Positions 11,446-24,535 of a stretch of 64,000 nt of DNA are shown piece by piece. The stretch's first letter is position 1. Each line of letters opens with the position of its first letter. Under the pieces are notes generated by a model. The model was not told the origin of the DNA and ran no database searches. It saw only the letters and a list, made by a program, of their open reading frames with translations. The stretch comes from Raja brachyura (Eukaryota). The stretch covers positions 26,784,001-26,848,000 of the forward strand of contig OY740783.1 of NCBI GenBank assembly GCA_963514005.1, given 5' to 3'. A program made the position numbers and the translations under genes.

Positions 11446-13149
11446 TTTGGACTGAGTGTCAAATGAAAGGCAAAAACTGTTTATTTCATTTGGATTAAGT
11501 GCAATATTTCAGTGAAATCTTCCAATGGAATTTACATATTTAGAAATACATAATTTGCAGGATACCTCAGACCATTGTAAAAAGGGCAAAAAACTGAATT
11601 ATCTAAATGATCAGATCAAAGAATCCTTGTGGAGCACTGCAGTTATAATATTCAATCCAATGTTAATTCTCAGCACAGAAATCAAAGATCTGCATGGAGA
11701 AAAAAGTTTGAATCATTTTTTTAAACATATCACCAGCAGCAATTATTTCTGAATAACGTAAATACATGTAAGAATGTCAATTTACACCTCCAGATAGATT
11801 GTTTGGCAACGTTTTTAATGTGAAGACAGTTGGCAATGCACTCAGTAGCATAATAAGGAAAAAAGCATCTTGGAATTGGATATACAGTAGTGTTTCCACA
11901 ATCACTATGCATTTAAAAGCAATTTAACTTGGAACAAATACTGCTTATGACTACTTCCAAGTTGAATGTCACCAACAGTGAAGTTTGACAAGCACCTCCT
12001 ATCATCCTGTAAACTTGCAATTTCAATCGCAATTCCATTTCCAAGTCAAGGTTTACAAATGTTGGCATCATTCCTTTCTCAACATTCCTTTAGGTAAATT
12101 CCAGGCAAACAAGGTCCATTCTGCGCTCGAGATGCCAATCCTTTGACATTCTTGGCACAACACAACCTGAAACCAACAGCACAAAACTGCAGGTAAGTGG
12201 CGATTCCTCCTGTAGCTCTAGTTTGATGTAAAACTCCATCGCTGATTTCACTCCACCTTCAAACGTGGATGCCGGCCTACCCAATTTCTTCTGTACCAAC
12301 CTTCCCCACTGCCACAAATTTAATTTGAAATCAATGAGCTTACGACCTACAAAATGATTCACAGGCACTAATGCAGACAATGAATGCCAATAAATTTGAG
12401 ACTTCTGCAGGGGTTCTAAATCTAATCAGCACACATGCTGAGAAATGTGTGTGTAACTAAGCAATTCTGTACTCATATCTGCTACAATCTATCCTATCAC
12501 AGATGTTCCCACTTCTATTCCTTCCCCTTCGTTTGGTTTTCAAACTTGTTTCCCTTTAACTTTTTTCCAGATGTGAAGATGGAACATAACGTCTGAATAT
12601 TTATAGCATTTCTTTGGATGCTATGGATATTGAAACAATGAGTTAAAACTTATAAAAAGCATTAGCAATAGAAAGTTGCTATTGGGAAGTCTGCAGGAGA
12701 GGTCAGTACTTCTGCATGAATTTCTCACTTAATTAGATATGTGGAATGCCCTAACCTCCAGTTCGATTTCCATTTCTGCTACTCACATGGAAATCCTCTA
12801 GCTAACTGGTTCCATTGCACTTGCAGTGTCCTTCAACAATTGAGGTTCATACTGAGAACATGGAATCTGGTCAATTCCCATATCATAGGAGCCACCTCAC
12901 AGAGGGGGAAGAAATCAATGACGAAAATTAGCACTACCTTCAATGACCAGCTAATTCTTTTAATTAAGGAAAAGGATATTTGAAGAAGACTTAACAACGG
13001 GCACAAAACTTTGTTTACCCAGCAACAGTCTCAACCCGAAACGTTGCCTATTCCTTCTCTCCATACATGCTGCCTCAACCACTGAGTTTCTCCAGCATTT
13101 TTGTCTATCTTCTGCCTCCGAGATGGTTCTGAGACATGGATTGCTCACA

Positions 13150-13650
13150 GCAGGCATTTTAAATCACTGGCGAAATACTGTCAATGGGTGAAGATACCAG
13201 CACCAATGCCTTGGTTACACTCAGTCAACTACACTGGCCAGGTCATGTCATTCATGTGCCTGATACTAGACTCGCAAACCTTGGTATACGTGACAATAAA
13301 CCAAACTAAACTAGACACTCTCTGCTGAATTTAGTCATGAGAGGAGATTATTAGAGAGACTGTGGGAAGGATTCAAGAATGTATTTAGAACCTCCTTAAA
13401 GAAATGTGATACCTCTACTGAGTCCTATACTCAACTAAGTGAAGGAGCACACAGGTAGGTATTGAGAACCTTGAGTCACTGTAAGTGGCAGAAGGAACAG
13501 ACCAACTCACAAACCCCACATCCATTGTTAAGTACCTACTGCCTCATCTGTAGAAGAGTTTGTGGCACCCTTGTTGGCATCATCAACCACCTCTGAACCC
13601 ATAAGATCAGAGGGGAGGAAAGTCATCCTTATTCCTACGAAACTGTTGAA
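13150..13650 (+). mobile_element. Degenerate RTE-clade LINE 3' fragment
   Basis: Reads as W-x-GHVIHVPDTRLA (cf. WAGHVxRMPDxRLPK) at ~13235-13277 and C-LIC-RVCG...GIINHL-TH zinc-finger-like C-terminus at ~13540-13602. A short Rex1 tail is inserted at ~13278-13312. Confidence 0.6.
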
Positions 13651-14791
13651 GAAGTTATTCATATCTAAACATAACGCTGCTTGGATCTAGTACATTCAAT
13701 GCACGTTTAATAAAACAAGAAACAAATACCCAAGCAACCCACTGTCACTCCTTTCCAAGCTGGAGACCATATGTGTAGCACTCCGTTACTGCCTTCATTT
13801 AAATGAACAGATATAATCGCATTATTTAAGTTTATTGAAAAATAGCTTGCAATTATTTCCTGACATCATTATGGTACCAGATAAACTTGTTTTCATTAAA
13901 TGGATACCTTCAAGCTAAATCAGTTTCAAACCCCTTTGTCCAGTCTGCAGCCTCAACTCCATCACAATGCTCACCCTAGACAAAAGTTCAGAAAATACAT
14001 TGGATTTTAATGCATATATAAAATCAGCTGGCCAGATAGCATCTCTGGAAAGAGAAACAGTGTTAATGTTTCATGTTAGAGGCACCATCAGATCTGGGTG
14101 AGATTGAAAGAAAATGTTGTAACCTTTTTACCTTATTAAAAAAAATATCTGTTTGATCTGCTGTGTGTTTCCAGCATTTTCCATTTTAATTTTAATATTC
14201 CAGCATCTGCAGTAATTTTGATTTTCATGACCAATTGAAATTAGAATACAAAACTCAATCTGGAAAATAAGCAAACCAAACAGACTAACCTATTCCCTGT
14301 GTGTGAAGGGAACAGATTAATGTTCTCCAGTTTTGCTGTCACATGATATAAAATCAGCTTGAATAAATTGCTACATCAGTTCCCTCTCCCAGGTAACCAT
14401 CCTGCAATTACTCAGCTAAGTTTTACAAAGTGAGATAGTTCAATCAGAAATATACTAAAGCAAAGCAGCAGTTAGAAACCGTTTCCACCCTGCCACATGC
14501 ACAACATGCTTTCATACGGAACAAGTTTTATGTTATTTTTGTCCCAAAATATGACTTGTGCACCAAACAATGCATTAAAATAACCAAAATGAGATGTTCA
14601 AAAAGGGTTGGGAGTTGAGAACTCTCTGACCATTCTATTCTGAGGTTATAGTAATTGCTAGTCCATTGCCATTTGATGTAACTATATTTTAAATGAATAA
14701 GGGCCTGCAACATCAAGATCCACAAAAACTGTAATCCATATTAGAAGAACCATGACAAGTAAAATATTTGCTTTTGCCAGGATCATCATGC

Positions 14792-15417
14792 CAGAGAGGG
14801 GGAAACTTTTAAAATCTCTTTCCTGCACGGGAGACCTGACCTTTTCCCTGTCGGGTCTCCGTTATCGTTGGGGCCTAGCACCGTGGAGCGGGCTCCGACC
14901 GGGACGACCTGGGGGCTCCAGTCACGGAGCCTGCGGAGGTGTGGACTCACCGTCGTGGGGCTGGCCGGCCTCGGAGCGTGGGGAGCGGTGGTGGGGAGCT
15001 GCTGCGGCCCGACTCCGGAGCTCCAGCTCCAGATTACTGCCAGTGGACTGTCGGGATATCGGGAGGTCGCGGGTCCGGGTGGGAGACCGCTTTCCAGAGC
15101 TCCCGCAATGCAACATCTCCCGCTCGTGTCGTGGGGTTGGAATGATCCGGAGCGGGGTCGTACATCGCCTGGCGCGGCTTCAATGGCCGTGGGACTTAAC
15201 ATCGCCCGCCTGGGGCTTGGACATCGGGAGAGAAATGGTGCGGGGGAGAGAGAAGACTTTGCCTTCCATCACAGTGAGGAGGAGATTCACTGTGATGGAT
15301 GTTTGTGTAAATTGAATTGTTTGTGTGTTTTGTAGGAATTGTTTTGTTTGTATGGCTGTAGAAACAGAGTTTCGTTTGAGCCTGAGGTTCGAATGACAAA
15401 TAATAAAATCTAATCTA
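14792..15417 (+). mobile_element. GC/CpG-rich 5'-truncated non-LTR retroelement (3' UTR-like) with TSD
   Basis: Flanked by direct repeat ATCATGC (14785-14791, 15418-15424). Ends with a stem-loop, AATAAA and an (AATCT)n tail. Sharp GC contrast with its flanks. Confidence 0.75.
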
Positions 15418-17409
15418 ATCATGCTCTGTAATAAAAAAAAATTATCGACCTTTTCTAAACCAGACACATGCAAGAAAAAAGGGAGAAATTGTGTGCGTGA
15501 ATTCAGAAAGATTGGTACTCTAGCTCCCTGGCTCTGTATCCTTGAACACTCCTGGGTGGAAAAACCTAACTTTGGAGCTAAATTGCACTGGTCCATTAAT
15601 TTGATCTTTCAAATATCTTCTCTTAATATTATGCTCACAAACTCCGTACTTGCATACAAACTTTTATTCTTCTTACTTACAGTTCCATCAAGTACTATGT
15701 CATTATTCAACTTGCACATTTAGTACACTTTAATTCTTCATTTGACTTGCATTTTAACTTTAATGTCCTTGTCTCTTATATTCAGCATAAGATTGTGAAA
15801 CATCAGCACTGCCAAAGCACTCAACAGATTGCTGCATTCAAGGCAGAGTTGAAAATTTCATGCAATCAGCATTTTCAGTTTTTAATTCAGACTTCCGGCA
15901 TCCACAGTATTTCCTTTTGCCATTTCAGACGATTCTGTGTCTTCATTTAGACTGATATTTGTTTTTTTACTTGTCCCATAGCCAACTGCTTTCTCTGCAT
16001 TTCAAACTCTTATGGTCAGATACATAATATGCTTTCTACTCTATCAAAAGCTTCATTGCCCCCCCCCCCCCCCCCTTACTCCTGTCCATCACCTTCTAGA
16101 ATAAATTTATTATTAACTCTCCTGTTCTGATAGAACAATAATATGTTTCCAGCATTTCCTGTTTTACGTTTAGTCGTTCATTATTTTTCTTTTGTACAAG
16201 CTAACTAATGGATTATTAAAGTGGCAGATCTCTTTGCGACATCGTCCTTACTATTTGAGAATTCATTCATTATTCTCATTCTTGGTCTTCAACTGCTCAA
16301 TTTAAAAATCAATAACTGGCTTTTATTCCCATGAATTTTACATTAAATCTGTCTATTATTTGAATCCTATCAAATGTACGCAAGAACTTTGCATAAATTA
16401 TATCAAAGAATGCTCCGATTAAATATTATCAACTTCAAATGTTAGCTCGGCTTGTCTTTCTGCTTCTCCTGTTTCCAAAATGTTCCCTAGGACATTCCCT
16501 TGCTTCTTACATTAGATATTGAAAAAATAATAATAATTTAGTCTCATTAGCTGCAACCTACTCACCAGTCATTCCACAAATCAGATCACAATGCCACCCT
16601 ATTGGAAGTACCATATTTTGGTGGAACATTAAAGATTCATCAAATTTTCTATGACAGGACGCAAATGATCCTAAATCAGCTATCCTAAAGGCAACAGGGA
16701 TCTTAATCCAGTGCTCTGGCTGAAATGTATCATTCTCTCAATATCATTATATAGAATGTCCACTAATAATCATAATGCTTCAATAGACTGGCATGTTTCT
16801 CAAATTATGTTCATAGCCAATTTTAAAATTACTTAATTGATTGTAATGTGCTTTGAACCATCTTTAAATGAACATGCATGCAAGTCAATCAGACGAAATA
16901 GTAAATAAAAGCTTTATTTGCTTGTTACAATAGTTCAGGTAGATGCCCAGATTCTTTCATTCAACTGAAATAGCTGGCCAGCATTCTTTCCACAGTTAAC
17001 AACACATATCAACTGATTAACCAGTCATTTAGCTAAAGGATAGCATTTGTGAGAAAAAGGACAATTATACTCTGGTGTAATAGGAGTACTACATCAGAGT
17101 TTAGAGTGAAGCAGTTCTGTTGAACAGGATACTGGGAAAGATAGAGAAAGAGAAGAAAGAAAGAAGATCTGAAATCACATTGTGCCTGATACAAGATCAG
17201 GATATATTTACAAGTGTGCTACAACACACTTACCTCACAACTGTGTGATGAAATGCTTCCAAATGCCATCCCTGAACAGTCAAGTCCTAATGTCAAAGTA
17301 ATACTTATTCTCGGACAATAGGAATGTAGCCTCAAATTAGTATAGTGCCTCTAAACGTGCACATGTGGTATTGCACAACTGAACAACATTTTACTTTCAA
17401 GGCCTTTCC

Positions 17410-17720
17410 TCTGCGTACATTGGCATTGATGGGGAATTGGCGAACCAAGATAAAGATGACATTAGGATTAGTGTTCCATAGGGGAAGCTGGTTTAGTTGA
17501 TTAGTGATGCATTCAGATAAGTTATTTTCTATGGTACCTTTGTAGAAATCATTAAGAGTCAATGGAAACATGGACATTTACCTTAGCCTTTGGTGGAAGT
17601 GACTGTGTGCATGTGCATTTTTTTGTCTTGGTATCTATGCGGTTGGTCTAGGACAAATTGTTGCTAACATTTACACCCAGGAAGTTGGGTGAGTAACCTT
17701 GGTTGGATTGGTGAGCTAAG
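17410..17720 (-). mobile_element. Degenerate Rex1/Babar LINE fragment
   Basis: Minus frame MFPLTLNDFYKGTIENNLSECIT resembles the Rex1 motif TLTNFYRCTIESILSGCIT. Confidence 0.6.
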
Positions 17721-19699
17721 GTGGCAATGGGTGATGTTTAGAGTAGACTATTAGGAGTCGAAGAGTGTGGGAAACAGGCTCAGGTTGATTGGTGACTGGT
17801 CAGGTGGAGGTATGAATCTGGTGGGAGGTGATCCAAAAAATAATACTCTTCATCACCCATCATCTCAGTCCTCACTCTACCACAGACATTCTCTTTGTTC
17901 ATTGATCCTCCCTTCCTGCAAGTTTAAACATGCCGGTTTTCAAATTTATTTTTGCCAGTTCTTAAGAAGGATCATCAATCTGAAATGTTAACTCTTACTC
18001 TGCAGTTGCTGCCTAATGTGCCGAGTATGTCCAGCATATTATGTTACTATTTGTAGAAACAATGCTAGAAGTGCAATATTTCTTTGCCATACGTTTATTT
18101 GCTATGTTACTATTTGATAGATTTAAATTGGTTCTTGTGTTATGTGATTATAATAAAGACCATATAAAGCAAATCTATCCCCAAGTACTGTAATACTTTT
18201 TAATTACTTCAAAAGGACAAATAGATGTTAACTGATTTCCTGAATAAAAAGCTTCCAGGAGCCATGAAAAGGTTTTTCCTTTCTAAAATCAATGCATCAG
18301 GATCAGATGTAGCATGAAAGACGCCAGTAAATGAAAAGAGCATACTTTCCAAGGTTATGTTTTGCCAAAGGAAATGGTTCCATCAATGCAGCCTGCTAGC
18401 ATACAGCAGGCATTAACAACAACATATTAAATGTGGATTTTATTCTTAACTGGAGAAAGAAATGTTTCAAAAATGCCTTTAACAGAGACAAAATATATTG
18501 CTCAAAAGATCATTTCATGTGACTTTGCTTGTTATGGAATTTTAAAGCTAAGTAATAACAACCACACAGAGTCTTCTGTTTTGAAAAACAAATGAAGAAC
18601 AAAGAAGACTTTTCATCTCTCTCACTGGAAACCCGTGGACTTAAGGCTAGTTTAAATACTTACATTCTCTGGACGTGACATCATGGCAGACATTTACGTC
18701 CGTGATGAATTCTCCCCCGATACCCAACAACCACCCCAACCCCACCCCCCTTGCCACCTCACACACACACACTTAATGTCCTTGATACTTCAGGCAAGGA
18801 ATACGATTTAAAAACACTGAATGTACATGCATATGTCTATCCTAAGTCAAGACCACATCTTAAGGTAAGTTAACACTTTACAATTCAAAAAGCTAATAAA
18901 GTTTCATGAGAGCAGCACGTGAAAAATCACAATTTTTTCTGGATTATTGCAGTTTATACCCAAAGAAAACATTTTATTATTTCAGATGGTGGCTTGCAAT
19001 AGGACAAAACAAAAGTTTATCTGCACCTTGTTGCATTGTAAATCTCTTCAATGCAAAAGCATTGCCAAATAACCAAGGCTGACATAGCTTTCATTTCTAA
19101 CCCATAAATGTAAAATGAGCTAAAAATGCAACATACCAATATTTGTCAACAAAACACACTCTTATTAGCCTATTGTTTTTATTGGCTGATGTTCATAATT
19201 TATTTCTATGGGCCTTTTTACAATGTATTTTGAAGAAAGGTAGACAATACATATGAACGTCTGCAGTAAAGACAAGAAAACACCACCACGTTAACAGACG
19301 TTGTCCTGCACACAGCTCAATAATGTGCAGCTTTTCTTTGTTGTAAAGGATCTGAAACCATTCTGAAAACTGAAAACATCTTCAGACGGAAGAAGGGTCT
19401 TGACTCAAAATAACACCCATTCCTTCTCTCCAAAAATGCTGCCTGTCCCGCTGAGTTACTCCAGCATTTTTTGTCTATCTTCTGAAAACCTCAATTTCAT
19501 TCACATGAAACTTGCATTAACTAAGAGTACTTGCACTTTACACCCTCAACAACCATTTTGGTTATCCAAACACACATGGCACATCTAGTCTTAAAACAAA
19601 TATCTAAATCACACACTTTGACCTACTTTTCTGGACAGGTCTAAGTAGAAATGTCAGATATATATTGGTCAAAGCATATAAACTTACATAGACAATTGA

Positions 19700-21325
19700 G
19701 AATGTAATAACAGAAGCAGGAATAAACAAACTGCTTCATTGAGACTAGCTCTGCATTCAATTAATATGATGCCTGATTCAATCTTGGCTTTAAAAGCACA
19801 TTCTGGCTCTTTCATCATATCTTCGGGCCCCAAAGCTTTCTGGGATACAGAAGTCCAAAGTGTTACAAACTTCTGAGAGAAGAAATTTCTCCTTGTTTCT
19901 GTCCTAAAAGGTTGACCCCTTACTCTGAAAAACGCTTCCTATTTCTAGTTATCTCTAATAGAGGAAACATTTTCTCAGCATCCACCTTGTCGATCCTCTA
20001 GAATTTTACAAATCAAGAAGATCATCTCTCATCCTCCCAAACCTCAATGCCCAATCTATGCAACCTCTCTTCATACATTACCTCATTGATTCCAGCAATA
20101 AATAGTGAACATATTACGCACAGCTTCCAAAGGAAGTATATTCTTTCATAAATATGGAGACCTGAACTGCACCATCTCTGGAAGCTGCCTCATCAGCTTG
20201 CTGTAAAGTTGAATCAAAACGTATCCATTTTTATACTTCATATGCTTTATGATAAAGGCCAATATTCTGTCAGTATTCCTAATTATGAGCTGTGCCTGCT
20301 TGCCAACCTTTGCGTTACATTTTGTACCAGCCAATTTGTAATCTCATTATGTTTAAATAATAATTTATTTTTTCGTTCTTCCTTCCGAAGTGGATAAGCT
20401 CATATTTTCTCACATTAGATGACATCTGCCAACATTTTGCCTCCGCATTCTCTCTCTCGCAGGTTCGTTGAGTACTTCTCACAACCTGTGAATTCACCCA
20501 TCTTGCTTTCATCAGCAAACTTGGCTACATTACACCCAATCCCTTCAACTGATTCAATAATAGATTATAAATACTTGGGGCAGAACACGAATCCTTGCGG
20601 CACCACAATAACTACTGATTGTCATCTATATCTTGACTCTTTGTTGCATTAGTTAGCCAATTACATATCCGTACCGATGTACTAACCCCAACTTATTTTG
20701 TGCTATCACCTTTTATATGGCACCTCATCAAATGCCTTCTGCAAATTAAAATACAGTACATCTGCTGGCTTTTCTTAATTCACCCCGTTTGTTATATCCT
20801 CAGAAAACACAAGGACATTTATGAGACACAATTTTCCCTTCCATAAAACGTTATTGTCTTATGCTTTTCTAAATGTTTTGCGATTGACTACTTACAAATG
20901 GATTTCAGCATATTCCCAATGACGGATGTAAGCTAACTTTGGGCTTACTTAAAGCCCTGTCCCACGGTACGGGTTAATTCCATGTGCTCTCCCGAGTTTT
21001 TAAAAAATCAAACTCGTGGTAAGCATGGAGAATGACCGTAGCGGGTACGTCGGAGCTCGGGGACATCTCATAGGGGCTCGTTACGCTAACGGCAGGTACT
21101 CGAGAAGACTCGCTAACGGCAGGTAAGCACGGGAAGACTCGTGAAGAATTTTCAACATGTTAAAAAATGTCCATGAGAGCCCCGAGTACCGACGAGTGGC
21201 CATTACCGTAAATCTCTGAGTTTGAATCAGGGCAAACTCGGGAGAGCTCATGGAATGAACTCGTACCGTGGGACAGGGTTATTAAATATAATTCTCTGCT
21301 TGCTGTCTTCCTCCTTTCTTTAGTA
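19700..21325 (-). mobile_element. Old degenerate CR1 LINE, interrupted by a MITE
   Basis: LAFIIKHMEYK-like, QLYSKLMR...VQFRSPYL and YELIHFGRKN motifs in minus ORFs 20146-20518. CR1-like sequence continues on both sides of the MITE. Confidence 0.75.
20953..21281. mobile_element. Non-autonomous DNA transposon (MITE) with ~45-bp TIRs
   Basis: TIR ccctgtcccacggtacg.gtt.attccatg.gctctcccgagttt at 20955-20999, inverted at 21234-21278 with 3 mismatches. Flanked by TTAA at 20949-20952 and 21282-21285. No ORF. Confidence 0.9.
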
Positions 21326-21734
21326 AGTGAGGATATTTCCAGAGAGTTCCATCAAAACAGATTTTTTTTCAGTTTAAGAACATGTCTCATTAGAAATCAA
21401 TGGCATCTGACTGCATTGAAAAATAAATTATTCAATAGCTTCCATCAGCACGTATTGAGATCAGTAATGTAAGAGAGTTGAGTTTTTGCCAAACTACTAC
21501 TTTATGGCGATGTGCATTTCTATCCTGCTGTAAACATATCAGTAATCCGAAGCATGGGGTTGGGAGCTGTTTAAATCACCGAATTAGCTTCCGTCTGACC
21601 ATTAGAACTGAGGAATTGAAAAGTAATGAAATTAAAAAAAATCTCAGTAACAGTAATCTTGAATTATTAAACGTTATTCACATTATCCCTTTATCATGTA
21701 TCTGTACACTGTGGATTGTTTAATTGTAATCATG

Positions 21735-22155
21735 TAACATAGAAACATCGAAAAATAGGTGCAGGAGTAGGCCGTTCGGCCCTTCGAGGCAGCACCACCA
21801 TTCAATATGATCATGGCTCATCATCTAAAATTAGTACCCCGTTACTGCTTTTTTCCCCATATCCCTTGATTCCTTTAGCCCCAAGAGCTAAATCTAACTC
21901 CCCCTTGAAAACATCCAGTGAAATGGCCTCCACTGCCTTCTGTGGCACGTGAATTGCACAGATTCACAACTCTCTGGGTGAAAAAGCTTTTCCTCATCTC
22001 AGTCCTAAATGGCTAACCCCTTATTCTTAAACTGTGACCCCTGGTTCTGGACTCCCCCAACATCGGGATCATTTTTCTGGACTCCCCAAACATCGGGAAG
22101 CCTGTCTAGTCCTTTACAAATGTTATGCTTCTATAAGATCCCCTCTCATCCTTCC
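21735..22155 (-). mobile_element. CR1 3' fragment inserted into a Rex1-type 3' tail (21685-21735 and 22165-22260)
   Basis: aggtgcaggagtaggcc...cacaactctctgggtgaaaaag CR1 end, with an internal tandem duplication of ctggactcccc.aacatcggga at ~22047-22098. Confidence 0.8.
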
Positions 22156-22535
22156 ATATTTTTGCAGCTAAATTCTATATTGTTTTTCCGCTGGCTGGTT
22201 TGCACACAACAAAAGTTTTTCACTGTGCCTTGGAACAGGTGACAATAAACTAAACTCAAACCAGATTTTTGTAAGACTCCATCTGTCGACTAATTCTCCT
22301 TATGTGTAGGAAATCTGCTATCATTACTCTGTCTGCTTATATATGTGAGTCGATCTGTAATTTTCTTTGAGCTATCTCCACAATTCAAGGATAATCAGGG
22401 TTGCACAATAAATAACATATACCATGAATGAATAAAACACCATTTCTTAACATCACATGTTTTGTTACAAAAATCCATGAACAAATAAAGATGTCACAAT
22501 TTCAGATTATCTAAATGTTGGCCAATTTAACGTAC

Positions 22536-22586
22536 CTGCACTGGTGCCTGCACCAGTTGTTGTGAGGTCCCCACCCAAGAGGCCAC
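22536..22586 (-). CDS. mef2c: MEF2C short coding exon (51 nt, phase 1/1)
   Basis: ...tttttag|GT GGC CTC TTG...AGT GCA G|gtacgt. Encodes (G)GLLGGDLTTTGAGTSA(G), compared with mammalian GGLMGGDLTSGAGTSAG. Phase is compatible with the 187-nt exon. Confidence 0.93.
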
Positions 22587-23171
22587 CTAAAAAATGAAAG
22601 CATGGGATCTGATTAGGAACAATAACAGGAAAACATATTTTATAGTAGACTCGGGCTAAAACTCATGATTAGAAAAACACATAATATAAAACCACAATCA
22701 ACATGGGGAAGATTTCCTTTGTGTATTGTGAGCAACAGTCTGTTCCAATTAAAAGGGGGTTATACTTTTGCAAAACACAGAGCACTGAGGAAATCTTGCA
22801 CTGATATGAGGTAATTTGTTATTTTCTGATGTGCAAGGTATGAATATGTATGTATGTACAAACATATGTATGCATAGTCTTTGTACATATGTAGCTAATA
22901 TCTTGTATTTGTTAACCTTATGATTTTTTTGTCACACGACTTTCTTCTAAAGCCTTTGGGAGAGCCGTGAACACTTATTTGGAATTTAAGAGGCATATAT
23001 TTCCATTAAAAACAATAATGATTCTTGTATTAAGAAAGCAAAAAGGTATAGTGTTTCAAACTTCACTGTTCAAGACGACTATATTTTAAATTCTTCTGGG
23101 GATTTTAATGCCTCCTATCTCATCAATTTATTATTCAACAGCAGAATATATACGCCTGTTGAAAACGATGG

Positions 23172-23190
23172 GAGCACTAGAGGGCAGCAA
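23172..23190 (+). promoter_or_regulatory. Candidate CTCF binding site
   Basis: GAGCACTAGAGGGCAGCAA matches the CTCF core (CCACYAGRGGGCRS) well and lies in a TE-free 1.76-kb intron. Confidence 0.55.
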
Positions 23191-24348
23191 AGTCTGTGCC
23201 CACTGATAACTGGCAGGCATGTGAAGGTTGATAAACTGAACAATGGTTTGCCTCTCTGGGCAGCATGAGGCTTTTGAATAACTGTTTTTGAGTACTAGGT
23301 TTACTCAGTGCCACCGTTTCCGCTGAAAATAAACAGATCTTTTATGGCCAAAGTACAATACTTTCATGAATCAAATCCAACTGGTGGTTACATGAAACAT
23401 TCTAGCCGAGTCAAAACAAAATCATTGGTTTTGTTGCCCGTTTCATATTGGTCTTCAATTACTTTCCACTGATAATTACGACAACTTCTGCATCAGAAAT
23501 GAGTAGTACTGCGTTATGTGCATGAGTGAATCATGAGTCTGTTAAATTAACAGAACATTATTTTTCCTGGCATAGAGGAAAGCAGCAATTAGGTTCCCAT
23601 GAGTAAGGAATCATTCTGGGTGCATTTCCCCTATTTGAACACCGTTGTCAAAGTGGCTTGGACGATTGCTTCTTCTATAAGAGTCCTATGGCAACAGAGA
23701 CTCTTACACTTGCCATTGTTTCAAGCTTTATTTTGAACTATTTTAGCTATTTACATTATTTTTACATATTTCTTTTGTTCCTTTGATTTGCCTCATTGTG
23801 TCTTCAACTGCCTTGTGTCTACATCACCTCTTGTTTTAGTTGTTCTTTGTTTGAGTCCTATGGATTATTTTCTTACTTGCGCTTTTTAGTTGTTTTTCAG
23901 TATCTTACCCCTTCTCTTGTTGTGATCCCTTTTAAATTGTAACCTTTAGTTTTCATAAAAGGTGAACGCTTGATATGTGCACTTATTGCTGAGTGCTTCC
24001 CACATTCGTTCTAATTTTTGTGTCATTATTTATCTGTTCTTCTTTCTGTGCAACCTTGGCAGTGTTCTACATTGTGAGCCTTGGCCTTTCACCGGGGCTT
24101 TTCTGCAAATGAAACCTTCCAAAGCTTGCCAATAAAGGGCCATAAACGTAGCACGCTCTGGTCTCAGTAAATCCTTTTTACTTCTCTTTATAATCAAAGG
24201 TACACAATTCTTTTCTGTGTTTAATAAGGAACACAAACTGCACCCTTAATGTGCCAAATCCAAGTAATGTACCAGATGGTTATAAGGAGCACAATACTGA
24301 CCTTGTTTTATGAGGCAATTACTTAGTTTGACAGTCAGTGGATTTTAC

Positions 24349-24535
24349 CTGCGTTTCCAGCGCTTGGTGGTCGTTGTGTCACTCCAGGAGACATGCTGTT
24401 CCTCTGCAGAGAAGGATGGCCCAATGACATTAGGTTGTGGTTGCCCAGGGAGCCGACTGGGCTGCTGTAAATGAGGCTGTTTTGGTTGGACACTGGGATT
24501 GAAACTGGCATCTCAAAATTAGGCGGAGGAACAGC
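24349..24535 (-). CDS. mef2c: MEF2C coding exon following the alpha exons (187 nt, phase 0/1)
   Basis: Polypyrimidine tract, then ...gcatag|GCT GTT CCT...AAC GCA G|gtaaaa. Encodes [62 protein letters not shown](G), the MEF2C transactivation-domain segment. Confidence 0.96.

Noticed and set aside
12070-12200. ORF 12090-12380 as a possible exon
   Set aside because: Its end (RMDLVCLEF) resembles a decayed CR1 RT motif (MDVVYLDF). No MEF2 similarity.
14752-15596. Several overlapping 130-190 aa ORFs on both strands
   Set aside because: A by-product of high GC in a TSD-flanked retro-insertion. No recognisable domain or splice structure.
21084-21140. Short direct repeats resembling a CRISPR-like array
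   Set aside because: Two to three units without unique spacers, inside a eukaryotic MITE.
22621-22632. Second FOX:ETS-like string AATAACAGGAAA
   Set aside because: Weak ETS flank (GGAAA), and it lies in the acceptor and branch region of the 51-nt exon, where its complement is explained as pyrimidine-rich splice context.
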